From positions 1-25,505 of the IMG/VR virus record IMGVR_UViG_3300020551_000020: DNA of 25,505 bases. One strand, 5' to 3'. Positions 9,279-18,100 of this stretch are shown here, piece by piece. Source of the stretch: a virus (taxonomy: Duplodnaviria > Caudoviricetes). Position numbers and translations under genes: made by a program. The notes beneath the pieces are model-generated. The model saw only the letters and a list, made by a program, of their open reading frames with translations, did no database searches and was not told the DNA's origin. Numbering within the stretch: position 1 is the stretch's first letter; every line of letters starts with the position of its first letter.

Positions 9279-11258
9279 TTATGTTACACAATCTACGACT
9301 TTTTGAATTTCACCTGTGAGATTTGATGTGATATTTGATGTGAGGTTTGATGTGAAGTTTGGATCTGAAAGTATTGGACGAAGAACTGCTCCACCGCCAG
9401 TTTGAGATTTAACTGTAAGAACAGGTAGAGATTGAACTACATTATTTAGAGGTTCTACCTGATAGATAGATCCATTAACGATTTGCGTTTTATACTCATT
9501 TCCACGATTATCAACAACAATATCACCATCCTCATATCCAGAACCAGGTTGCTCCACAATCACTTTAGATACAGAATATTCTGTTATATCTGATGGAGTA
9601 TAATTCTCACCTTCAGACACAATATAAATTGATGTTACCTGACCCATATCATTAATTAATGCTCTTGCCGTAGCACCATATCCTTGTCCAGCATCATCGA
9701 CAATCTCAACAAATGGTGGGTAAGTATATCCCGATCCACCATTTGTAACCTGAACTCCAATTACACTTGCTCTTACTGTTCCGTTTGAATCTTGTGTATA
9801 AGAACCAAAGATGGGAATACCAGTCGCTCCAGTTCCAGAACTCCCTCCGCCAAATATATTGACTACAGCAACACTTGCGTTTTCAATAGCACCGGTGAAG
9901 CATTCTGCAATTTCATTTAGATTTTGACCAACATTCTTAAGATTAATTGCTTCCATAATATTCTGATAATTTTCGGAAGCAACAAATGCTTCTCCAGCAC
10001 CGACCACCCATTCTTTTGCCATTCCTTGCAATCCACCTTTAACTTGATTGCAATCAAATGAGATACCACTTGATTGAAGAATCTCAGAAGCAGTTCTCAA
10101 AGCATTTCCAACACTAAAATCTGAGAAGAACTGTAGAAGTTTTTCCAATCCACCAAGAACTGTGGATAATCCACCTTCAATTGTATCAATAATCGTATTA
10201 ACTAAAGTCCCTATAAACTGGTCTGCGGCACAACTTACAAATCTCTCAACATTTTCTACAACAGAGTAAAGTAAATCTGAAACAATATCTTTTAAATTAT
10301 CAACAACAGTTCCTGCAACACAAGCAATTGCATCTTCTAAAAGTTTAACTGGACCAACCATCGCTTCTTGAGCAGCAACACCAGCAAGATGAGCTGCTGC
10401 AGGATTTGCTGTTGCTACTAATACTGCACCATAAACTTGTTTATAAAGTAAATCCAATCCTTTTTTCAAAAGACCTACCAATCCAGGAAATTCTTCATTA
10501 CCGTTAATCAAAAAGTTAAATGACTGACCAACAAAATCATTCGCATATCTAGCAATACTATCAGCAGCCTTTCTAATTTCTTGACTTACCTTCGATAGGT
10601 AGTTCTGTGCGTCTTTTAAGAAAGTTCTTATTTTTTTCAATAAATTTTTAACTTCATTTTTGATTCCCAGAATCGCATCATTTTCAGGACTTGCTAGAGT
10701 TACTCTTTCACCATTTGCCTGACTATCTGCTGGATTTTCTGGGTCTTTTAATTTTGCAAGTTCTGGAGGAAGATTTGGTGGAGTTTCTGCAGAGTTTTTT
10801 GTCTGCTCACTATTTTCACTTGATTTTAATGTTGCAGACTGTTTTGGCATATAATCAGTATTTCCAGTAAAAGGAACAAATGGATTACTATAAGGTAATT
10901 TTGAAACCTCTGATGTTCTACCAAATGCACCCATAATTACAGGAATTTGAGCATTATCACCATCAAGAAAAAATCCAAAAACTACATCGGATGGTTGCAA
11001 TTGAACTCCAGTAGAGCAATTTGCTGCTCCAGTTCCTGCAGTTGTTGGTAATAAAACTTGTGCCCAAGGCAAATCTTCATTCGAAAGATCGGCAACATTA
11101 TAAGGATGATATCCAATGATTCTTACCTTATATCTGTATGACCAACCACCACCTTCTGCTTGAGATTTCCAGGCATCAATAGGAGCAATTTGTCCAATCC
11201 ACCAACGGAAACCATCTCTCCCTAAAAAGTTACTTTTGAGTAATGACTCGTCAATCAT
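9279..11258 (-). CDS. gp5: Baseplate hub protein gp5 (N-terminal OB fold)
   Basis: GRDGFRWWIGQI, RYKVRIIGYHP, EDLPWAQVLLP and VFGFFLDGDNAQIPVIMG are gp5 OB-domain motifs. Confidence 0.88.
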   Translation of the reverse strand: MIDESLLKSNFLGRDGFRWWIGQIAPIDAWKSQAEGGGWSYRYKVRIIGYHPYNVADLSNEDLPWAQVLLPTTAGTGAANCSTGVQLQPSDVVFGFFLDGDNAQIPVIMGAFGRTSEVSKLPYSNPFVPFTGNTDYMPKQSATLKSSENSEQTKNSAETPPNLPPELAKLKDPENPADSQANGERVTLASPENDAILGIKNEVKNLLKKIRTFLKDAQNYLSKVSQEIRKAADSIARYANDFVGQSFNFLINGNEEFPGLVGLLKKGLDLLYKQVYGAVLVATANPAAAHLAGVAAQEAMVGPVKLLEDAIACVAGTVVDNLKDIVSDLLYSVVENVERFVSCAADQFIGTLVNTIIDTIEGGLSTVLGGLEKLLQFFSDFSVGNALRTASEILQSSGISFDCNQVKGGLQGMAKEWVVGAGEAFVASENYQNIMEAINLKNVGQNLNEIAECFTGAIENASVAVVNIFGGGSSGTGATGIPIFGSYTQDSNGTVRASVIGVQVTNGGSGYTYPPFVEIVDDAGQGYGATARALINDMGQVTSIYIVSEGENYTPSDITEYSVSKVIVEQPGSGYEDGDIVVDNRGNEYKTQIVNGSIYQVEPLNNVVQSLPVLTVKSQTGGGAVLRPILSDPNFTSNLTSNITSNLTGEIQKVVDCVT

Positions 11259-12602
11259 TTATCCTTTCCTTTCCTCTTTATTGATTCCAAAGGTATCTCT
11301 TACAAGTTTCATTGAGGTATATGAACTTTGTGCATCAAAATGATGGCATAACTCCTTAATCATATATAGACCACTTGTTTCGGTGTCATATTCTTTCGCG
11401 TCAGATTGAGAAATTTTTGGAAACTTACATTCAATAACATCACCTGCTCTTAAATTAGTATTCGAAGGGACTATGACACTCAGAGTTTGCGTAAAAAGAA
11501 TATTATATCTCATCAATGATTGTGATTGATATAATTTCGGATCAGAGTTTAGTTCTCTTGAAGCATTCTTTTCCATCGTTCCAATATCAAGAACTGCAGT
11601 AATAATTCTTGTAGGAACATCTCCTAAAGTTAAATCTGAACCTTCAGATACTTTTGGTAATTTAAGGTCACTTCCAAGATTTTTTGCCTTTCCAGAATAA
11701 TCTTTAAGTTTAAATAACCCTTCCTCATACTTTGAAAATGAGAAGTTTAAAGGATTAAAGAACATACGATGACTTGCATATGTTCCCAGTTTAAGTTTCT
11801 CGATTAAGTTTTGATTCTTATCAGCGATGTAGTTTAAAATTTTAAAATCATTATTGACTTTTTTGTCCTCATTATCATAACTGGTGGTTGTTTGACTATA
11901 GATATATGTTGCCTTTGCCTTTTGTAAAATCAAATTATCAATTGATCTAAATTGAAATCCATCTTTCGTTTGATAAAAGACAAATCCAGCAGTTCCATCT
12001 CCAGAAGTTACTGGAACTCCTTTGGATGCTAACCAAACCAAAACAGTAAATGGTTTTCTCATATTACCAATAAAACCATACTTATTTGAAGTTTGGTCTA
12101 TCGTTCCAATTTTATTTACTTTTAAATTTTCCTTTAGGATTTTAGTAACAGATTGATCAATTGAAAGTCCAGTAGGAAATTTTCCCATCACCCTGGTCGT
12201 TTCGTTTGTGATTGCTTCTCTTGAAACAAGATTTAATGTAAAACTTTCTTTGTTTGTTTCAGAGATTACATCAGTGATACTTGAAACATAAAGATAATCA
12301 TTTGGATTTTTGGAGAAATCAAGTCCAGGATTTGTTGTAGAGTTTCCTGCAATTTTCATAGAAATTCTTTCACCACCCCTTAAAGGTAATCCATTATAAA
12401 TTGATTGTTTTTCTCCATCAATATTATTTGCAGAAGGAATTGTATTTCCTGTATTAACTACTCTTATCTTCGCTGTAATTGTGGGGGAAAAAATATCTTC
12501 ATAATAATCAATAGCGATTGTGCCAGTAGAAATATCAACCGTCCTTTTTTGGTCGTTTGACTGTATAATTAACTCTTCATATATCGACTTTACTAGTGAC
12601 AT
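11259..12602 (-). CDS. Baseplate hub subunit, gp27-like
   Basis: 447 aa directly upstream of gp5. Motifs IDYYEDIFSPTI, FYQTKDGFQFRSIDNL, LRAGDVIEC and SGLYMIKELCHHF fit gp27/late-control-D-type hub proteins. Confidence 0.6.
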   Translation of the reverse strand: MSLVKSIYEELIIQSNDQKRTVDISTGTIAIDYYEDIFSPTITAKIRVVNTGNTIPSANNIDGEKQSIYNGLPLRGGERISMKIAGNSTTNPGLDFSKNPNDYLYVSSITDVISETNKESFTLNLVSREAITNETTRVMGKFPTGLSIDQSVTKILKENLKVNKIGTIDQTSNKYGFIGNMRKPFTVLVWLASKGVPVTSGDGTAGFVFYQTKDGFQFRSIDNLILQKAKATYIYSQTTTSYDNEDKKVNNDFKILNYIADKNQNLIEKLKLGTYASHRMFFNPLNFSFSKYEEGLFKLKDYSGKAKNLGSDLKLPKVSEGSDLTLGDVPTRIITAVLDIGTMEKNASRELNSDPKLYQSQSLMRYNILFTQTLSVIVPSNTNLRAGDVIECKFPKISQSDAKEYDTETSGLYMIKELCHHFDAQSSYTSMKLVRDTFGINKEERKG

Positions 12603-14368
12603 TATAGGTAAGATAAATCTATTAGAAGTTTTTTCTGGATAAACTTATTTAACATATTAAATTCATTGATATCTGATTTAATATTTGAATAATACCCGCC
12701 TGAAGGTGCTGGAGGAGCAACTGGTTTATTATCATCAATTAGATAAATCTGAGGTCCTTTTCTTTCTCTTTTTAAATTTTGTGATGCTACTCTACGCTGT
12801 GTTGCAGATATTTTTGCTCCAAAAGGTGCTTTTGGGTCAAACCCATATTCAATTGGATCGATAACATTATTTCTTGTATAACCAACTTCACCGATACGGG
12901 GAGAAACTTCCCAGTGAAGATGAGGTCCAGTGCTCCGCCCAGTAGATCCAACATATCCAAGCACAGTCCCTGCCGAAACAGTTTGTCCCTTTTTGAATTT
13001 GGGCATTTCACGAAGGTGTCCATAAAAATGCTCTATACCATTTGTATCAACAAAAGTTATATAATAACCGTATCCGCCTTCATAACCAACACTAGTAATT
13101 ACTGCATCAGTAAATGCATATACCGGTGTTCCAGAGGCAATTGGAATATCTCTACCAGCGTGAACTCTTCCCCTACTTCTAGAGTATCCTGCTCTTTCCC
13201 CCAATCTAAATCCAAGTTTTGAAAGGTCAAGTTTAGATTGTGGTGCTGGAGTAGGTGGTGTTTTTGCTACTGGTGCTCTTAATTCTCCTAATGGAGCATT
13301 CTTTGCCTGATACATTATTGAAATTTCTTTCTGAGAATACTTGGAATATTTCGACCAAGCACCAGGTCCTTGAGTTTTTAACAATCCAATTGCAAGCAAA
13401 TCTTGATTATTCTGATCAAACCTATCACTATCTTTTAAACCAGCGGATCTTTGTGCTGTTGGAAGAGAACCTGGAACAATTTGATATCTTCCTGCAGCCC
13501 ATAAAGTTTTTTTATTATTTTGATAATCTTTAACTTCACCAATAGTCATATCAGTAAGATTTTTCCCAAGCCATTTTTTAGAACCACCAGGTCTATCGCC
13601 TGCTGTACCATTATTCATAGCATTATAATCACCACCACTTTCCGGTCCTGCTATAATATCAAGTGCTTGCTTATGAATTGGATTTAGTTGTCCAGACTCG
13701 CCTGGAACTCTAGTTTCTGGATATGCACCTTCGTCTTGAGAAGGAGTTCCTAAAGGAGTAGTAAGATATGGTGCTGTTATAAGTTTAAATCCTTCTTCGA
13801 TTTGAGAACCCATATCTCCAAGAGTTAATGCTAAATCACCAAATGCCGTCTCAAGACGATTTGAAGAATCTGTAAAGTCTAAACTAGTTACATTCTTCCA
13901 AACAGCATCCAAAACAGTTCCAAATCCAGTAAATAATTTTATAGTATTTGATAAAAATCCAGAGATAATTTGTCCAGTTTTAGTAAGTCTTGATATAAAT
14001 TCTCTACCTAACTGTATCCAGGTTGGTAAATTTGAAAGTATCCATCCTGCTCCAAGATACCCAACAAATCCCAAAATTCTTTGAAGGAATGATCCACCAA
14101 CCGATTGAATCATTCTAAATGGACCACCAGGTCTAACCGATAAGTTAGATGCTTCTAACTGACTTTCTTGGTCTGCTCTTCTCTCACTCTCAACTCTTCT
14201 ATATCTTAAAATATTTTTAGTTGCAAAAGACTCTCTTTTTACTTTTGTCCTATTAATAAGAATATTGGATATATTTTTTACCGATTGATTAGCACCAGAA
14301 AGTTCTTTTCTGGTTAAGAAAACTGAAGATGAAACTCTTTCTAGGTTTAGTGGCGATTTTACTACCAT
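12602..14368 (-). CDS. Virion-associated peptidoglycan hydrolase: lysozyme-like domain plus M23 peptidase
   Basis: Lysozyme-like segment IAGPESGGDYNAMN...LTDMTIGEV...AAGRYQIVPGSL...FDQNNQD. M23 motifs HAGRD (HxxxD), YGHL and GSTGRSTGPHLHWE (HxH). Confidence 0.85.
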   Translation of the reverse strand: MVVKSPLNLERVSSSVFLTRKELSGANQSVKNISNILINRTKVKRESFATKNILRYRRVESERRADQESQLEASNLSVRPGGPFRMIQSVGGSFLQRILGFVGYLGAGWILSNLPTWIQLGREFISRLTKTGQIISGFLSNTIKLFTGFGTVLDAVWKNVTSLDFTDSSNRLETAFGDLALTLGDMGSQIEEGFKLITAPYLTTPLGTPSQDEGAYPETRVPGESGQLNPIHKQALDIIAGPESGGDYNAMNNGTAGDRPGGSKKWLGKNLTDMTIGEVKDYQNNKKTLWAAGRYQIVPGSLPTAQRSAGLKDSDRFDQNNQDLLAIGLLKTQGPGAWSKYSKYSQKEISIMYQAKNAPLGELRAPVAKTPPTPAPQSKLDLSKLGFRLGERAGYSRSRGRVHAGRDIPIASGTPVYAFTDAVITSVGYEGGYGYYITFVDTNGIEHFYGHLREMPKFKKGQTVSAGTVLGYVGSTGRSTGPHLHWEVSPRIGEVGYTRNNVIDPIEYGFDPKAPFGAKISATQRRVASQNLKRERKGPQIYLIDDNKPVAPPAPSGGYYSNIKSDINEFNMLNKFIQKKLLIDLSYL

Positions 14369-14369
14369 C

Positions 14370-15893
14370 TTATGTTACCACATTATAGCACATTTGAGAA
14401 TATAATGTATAAAAATTATCCGAATTTGCTGATGGGATTAAAGGAATATCAGTAAGAGGTCCAGATGTAGCAGTTCCTCTTCCAGATTGATTACCAGAAC
14501 TTGTCGATGCTACCACAACTGTTGGTTGTGGTTCTGGTAATGTTCCAATATTGAAAGATTGTCTTTGTGAAGTTTGAACTTGTGCTGGAGAAGATGCTGT
14601 GCTAGGTGTGGGTGGATTACTTGTCGATTGGTTACCCAAATCAGAAAATGGTTTTAATGAATCTTGAAGATTCATATCAAATATTGGTGGTGCCGAAGGT
14701 TCTGCAACTTTTGGTAGTTTTGGACTTAGTGCAGATGTTTGTGGTTTCACCTCGGGCATTTTTACTTTACCTTCCATTCCAGACAAACCATATGCAGCCC
14801 TTCCTGCGATAGCTGCCCACCCAAGTGGTCCGGGAAGAGCTCCAGCAGCACTTAGTCCAGCCGCAAAATAATCACCTTTTTTATAATCCAGATATGATGC
14901 CGTTGCAGCAAGAGGAATATTTATGAAAGGCATTACCTTACCGACACTTTTAAATATCCCCCTCCCAAAACCACCAAGACCTTTTAATGACTGCGTAAAG
15001 AAATTAGCACCTCTTTCAGATAAGACTTTTCCACCAGTTCCAGTAATCGGAACTTTTGTTGATGGAACTGCAGAAGGAGGGGAAACATTTCTTCTTCCTG
15101 CTATCTTTGCTGCTAATACTGCACCACCAGCAGCAGCAAGTTTAAATGGAGCCTTAATTAAAGAAAATGTTAATTTAGAAATTCTTGCAGTAATTCCAGT
15201 AACCGTTCTTAGAATTAGTCCAAATCCACCATTTATCAGGAACAAACCTCCAGCAGCAATTGCTAGATTTTTAATAACTGCATTTTTAATTTCCTCTAAC
15301 TTCTTACCATTTCCTTCAGTAAATGCTTTTAAAGTTTCTATTCCTTGATTTGTTAACCACCCAACAAATAGAATTTTAATAGCATTAAACACTCCACCAA
15401 AAGTATCACTTATTTTCTCTTGTAACTTTGCAATTGGTACTGCTAATGCTGAAGTAATCTTTTGCTCTAAAAGATTTTCTCTACCCGACCTAATTTGTCT
15501 CTCAGCATTTCTTCTTTCAGTTTCTTGCTCAGTTCTAATCTGAGTTTGTTCTACTACACTATCCGCTTGTATAAGTCTGGAAATAGTGGCTAACCCAGCA
15601 GTTAATCCAGCGACTTCTATACGAAGATTATTAATTTGATTTTGAAGAGATGTAATGCTTTCTTGCGTGTTTACTTGCTGTTGGACAACAAGAGTACCAT
15701 CATCTTTTTTTACTTGCTGTTGAGCAACAAGAACACTCTCATCTCTTTTTACTAATGCTCCACCACGAGCAAATACTTTTGATGGAACAATCGTTCTTCT
15801 AAAAAGTGCCTTACGAACCTCTGAAGACAGCGGAGATCCTGTTACGGGGTCAACCCCGCTCTGGGCAATTGCTACAGGATCCATTTCAGCCAT
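14370..15893 (-). CDS. Putative tape-measure/hub (gp29-like) protein
   Basis: Likely start ATG at 15893 (MAEMDP), overlapping the upstream gene's end. Coiled-coil N-part, Ala/Gly-rich amphipathic helices, hydrophobic segments; lies right after gp26/gp51. The function is inferred from composition and position. Confidence 0.5.
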   Translation of the reverse strand: MAEMDPVAIAQSGVDPVTGSPLSSEVRKALFRRTIVPSKVFARGGALVKRDESVLVAQQQVKKDDGTLVVQQQVNTQESITSLQNQINNLRIEVAGLTAGLATISRLIQADSVVEQTQIRTEQETERRNAERQIRSGRENLLEQKITSALAVPIAKLQEKISDTFGGVFNAIKILFVGWLTNQGIETLKAFTEGNGKKLEEIKNAVIKNLAIAAGGLFLINGGFGLILRTVTGITARISKLTFSLIKAPFKLAAAGGAVLAAKIAGRRNVSPPSAVPSTKVPITGTGGKVLSERGANFFTQSLKGLGGFGRGIFKSVGKVMPFINIPLAATASYLDYKKGDYFAAGLSAAGALPGPLGWAAIAGRAAYGLSGMEGKVKMPEVKPQTSALSPKLPKVAEPSAPPIFDMNLQDSLKPFSDLGNQSTSNPPTPSTASSPAQVQTSQRQSFNIGTLPEPQPTVVVASTSSGNQSGRGTATSGPLTDIPLIPSANSDNFYTLYSQMCYNVVT

Positions 15894-16059
15894 TAGCACT
15901 ATTCTTCAGATTTTCTTCTTCAATGTATTGTTGGAGTAACCCAACATAGATTTCCCGTTCCCAGGGAATCATATTCTCTAACTCTGTCAAAGAGTATTTA
16001 TGATGCTGAACAAGAGCAAAATTAGTCTTATAGTATGACGCAAGATCTTCGTGCGCCAT
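15886..16059 (-). CDS. gp51: gp51-like baseplate hub assembly chaperone fragment, 57 aa (not in the ORF track)
   Basis: Manual translation: MAHEDLASYYKTNFALVQHHKYSLTELENMIPWEREIYVGLLQQYIEEENLKNSANG*. Resembles the short gp51 that follows gp26 in cyanomyoviruses. Confidence 0.85.
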   Translation of the reverse strand: MAHEDLASYYKTNFALVQHHKYSLTELENMIPWEREIYVGLLQQYIEEENLKNSANG

Positions 16060-16089
16060 CGCTAGGCGAAAAAAGATGTTAATCCCTCC
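16035..16089 (-). promoter_or_regulatory. Putative programmed -1 ribosomal frameshift signal (SD + slippery heptamer + hairpin)
   Basis: mRNA: GGAGG-N10-U UUU UUC-N8-AUGGCGCA(CGAAGAUCU)UGCGUCAU. The -1 frame is open into gp51. Confidence 0.7.
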
Positions 16090-16781
16090 AGAATAACTTC
16101 ACTTTCAACTCCAGTATTTGGATTTTTAATTTTGAGTGTATGAGAAAGTTTGGGCATAGTCTCAAAGAATCTTTCGATATCTTTAAATTGCTTCGAACTC
16201 AGCTGCTCAAGAAATTCATTCATTTCCTTTTTCGTCACATCAGCTGCCGTCCAAGATTCTTCTTCACTATAAATTTGTTCAATACAAGAAGAAATCATAT
16301 CAAAAGTATCATCAACACTTACATCCATTTCATTAGCAAAGTTATTTTTAATAAACTCTTGCATCGATGGATACTTCATTCTCATAGTTAGAGAATCATC
16401 CAATTTAATATCACGAGAATGTTCTTTACTTACCTGAACTTGAATATCGTCCAAATTTATAGAAGCCGGGACTTGTGTTGTCCCATCATCTGGACAAGTA
16501 ATTAAAACATCCACATCTTCACCAACAGACTTTCCACGAATATTGAGGAAAAGATATTCGATATCAAAAGTTGCTAGTTGATCGATTTTAATTCCTTTAG
16601 TGAGAACACAATTACCAATTACTGTCTTAACTGCTTCAGCAATTTGCTTTGGATCTTCACTCTCCATAGCAATAATCAGAATTTTTTCTTCTTTAACTAA
16701 AAATGGTCTGTATTTTATTTTCTTTTTTAATGAAGGAATTTCCAACTCATATGTCGGCGTTGCAATTGTAGGTAAAGGCAT
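16062..16781 (-). CDS. gp26: Baseplate hub subunit/assembly protein gp26
   Basis: MPLPTIATPTYELEIPS..KIKYRPFLVKEEKIL, FDIEYLFLNIRGKSVGE and FFETMPKL are gp26-family motifs. Confidence 0.9.
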   Translation of the reverse strand: MPLPTIATPTYELEIPSLKKKIKYRPFLVKEEKILIIAMESEDPKQIAEAVKTVIGNCVLTKGIKIDQLATFDIEYLFLNIRGKSVGEDVDVLITCPDDGTTQVPASINLDDIQVQVSKEHSRDIKLDDSLTMRMKYPSMQEFIKNNFANEMDVSVDDTFDMISSCIEQIYSEEESWTAADVTKKEMNEFLEQLSSKQFKDIERFFETMPKLSHTLKIKNPNTGVESEVILEGLTSFFA

Positions 16782-16806
16782 AATGACCTATAGATTTCAG
16801 TAAAAT

Positions 16807-16813
16807 TATTTAG
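16807..16813 (-). promoter_or_regulatory. T4-type late promoter variant CTAAATA upstream of gp26
   Basis: TATTTAG on the + strand, ~25 nt upstream of the gp26 ATG. The same motif precedes several other genes in the window. Confidence 0.6.
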
Positions 16814-17622
16814 TTGATTATCGGTTGCCCAGAACCATTAAAAAATCTTCTATTCACTTCAGCACTAGTTCTTGTATCAATACTTGAATCATAAAAAACA
16901 ACACCACTTTGACCACGAACTGGTACTAAAGTTCTTTGAGTAGTTGTTGGTTCGGTTGGTTCCTTATTATTAGAATTTCCCAGATATTGATTAATACTCA
17001 AAGATTTACCAGCAATGTAGCGATCGTATTGAAATGTTGCAGACATTTTTAAGGTATCAGAAGCAACATAACTTACTGGAATTGAACTAATAGTTGATGG
17101 AAATAGTCCAATAAAATTATATTCAATTTCTTGTTTGTAGTCTCTATCAAATTTAATAATTCTAGTTGCATTTGACTTATAGTATGCTGGATATTGCATC
17201 CTAGAAAAGTAACCTTGATTATTCTGACTGATTGAAGAATTTTCTCCATCTAATCCTTGTTGGTTGAAAGATCCACTTGCAATAAACTCCATCCAACTCT
17301 CAATAAATTTTAGAGATTTATAATTTTTATCAATATAAAAATCTAAAGTAATTGTATCGTATAATCTTGTATGGGCAAATTTTTCCTGCACGCCCATAAA
17401 ATTTCCAGATATAGTGTTAGTTGCAAGATTTGATGTTGGCAAAATTGCAGAATAACATAACAATCCAGCATCACCTACAACAAATCTAGATGTAACTCCT
17501 CTCTTACGAAGATAATCTTTTAATTGATCTGGTAATCCACCAAACTGAACTTCATAGTGCGAAGATTGGGCAAGATTTGTTAATAGTGGTTTTATATCAG
17601 ATATTCTGCGCTTAATAGCCAC
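16810..17622 (-). CDS. Tail-tube-fold protein (gp54/gp19-like tube initiator)
   Basis: 270 aa, GTG start. RLYDTITLDFYID..FIESWMEFI and YNFIGLFPSTISSIPVSY...MSATFQYDRY match the gp19/gp54 pattern. Confidence 0.65.
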   Translation of the reverse strand: MAIKRRISDIKPLLTNLAQSSHYEVQFGGLPDQLKDYLRKRGVTSRFVVGDAGLLCYSAILPTSNLATNTISGNFMGVQEKFAHTRLYDTITLDFYIDKNYKSLKFIESWMEFIASGSFNQQGLDGENSSISQNNQGYFSRMQYPAYYKSNATRIIKFDRDYKQEIEYNFIGLFPSTISSIPVSYVASDTLKMSATFQYDRYIAGKSLSINQYLGNSNNKEPTEPTTTQRTLVPVRGQSGVVFYDSSIDTRTSAEVNRRFFNGSGQPIIN

Positions 17623-17623
17623 T

Positions 17624-17630
17624 CTAAATA
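17624..17630 (+). promoter_or_regulatory. Late promoter CTAAATA for the gp4 operon
   Basis: CTAAATA 32 nt upstream of the gp4 ATG. Confidence 0.6.
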
Positions 17631-17655
17631 CCTTATACGAGTCTTATATTATAAG

Positions 17656-17662
17656 TATTTAG
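17656..17662 (-). promoter_or_regulatory. Late promoter CTAAATA for the leftward baseplate operon
   Basis: TATTTAG on the + strand, 33 nt upstream of the GTG at 17622. Confidence 0.6.
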
Positions 17663-18100
17663 ATGTCCTATAAGGGAAAATATCAACCATCATATCCAGA
17701 AAAGTATAATGGAGATCCCACAAATATCATTTATAGGTCTCTGTGGGAAAGAAAGTTTTGTGTTTATTGTGACTTAAATGAAAAAATTATATCTTGGGAA
17801 TCTGAAGAAAAATGCATTCCATATCGCTCCCCTGTTGATGGTAAGATTCATAGATATTTCCCAGACTTTCTCATAAAAGTCAAAGAATCTGATGGTTCAA
17901 TTAAAAAATATATGATTGAAATCAAACCTAAAAAGCAAACTGTTCCACCACCAAAACCTCAAAGGCAAACAAAGAATTATATTCGTGAGGTTTATGAGTA
18001 TGCTAAAAATCAATCAAAGTGGGAAGCAGCAAAAGAATGGTGTGCTGATAGAGGATATGAGTTCAAGGTAATCACAGAAAACGAACTGGGTATTAAGTAA
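17663..18100 (+). CDS. gp4: Head completion nuclease gp4
   Basis: YKGKYQP..PEKY.GDPTNIIYRSLWE...HRYFPDF...IEIKP...NQSKWEAA (TnsA-like PD-(D/E)xK fold). Confidence 0.92.
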   Translation: MSYKGKYQPSYPEKYNGDPTNIIYRSLWERKFCVYCDLNEKIISWESEEKCIPYRSPVDGKIHRYFPDFLIKVKESDGSIKKYMIEIKPKKQTVPPPKPQRQTKNYIREVYEYAKNQSKWEAAKEWCADRGYEFKVITENELGIK

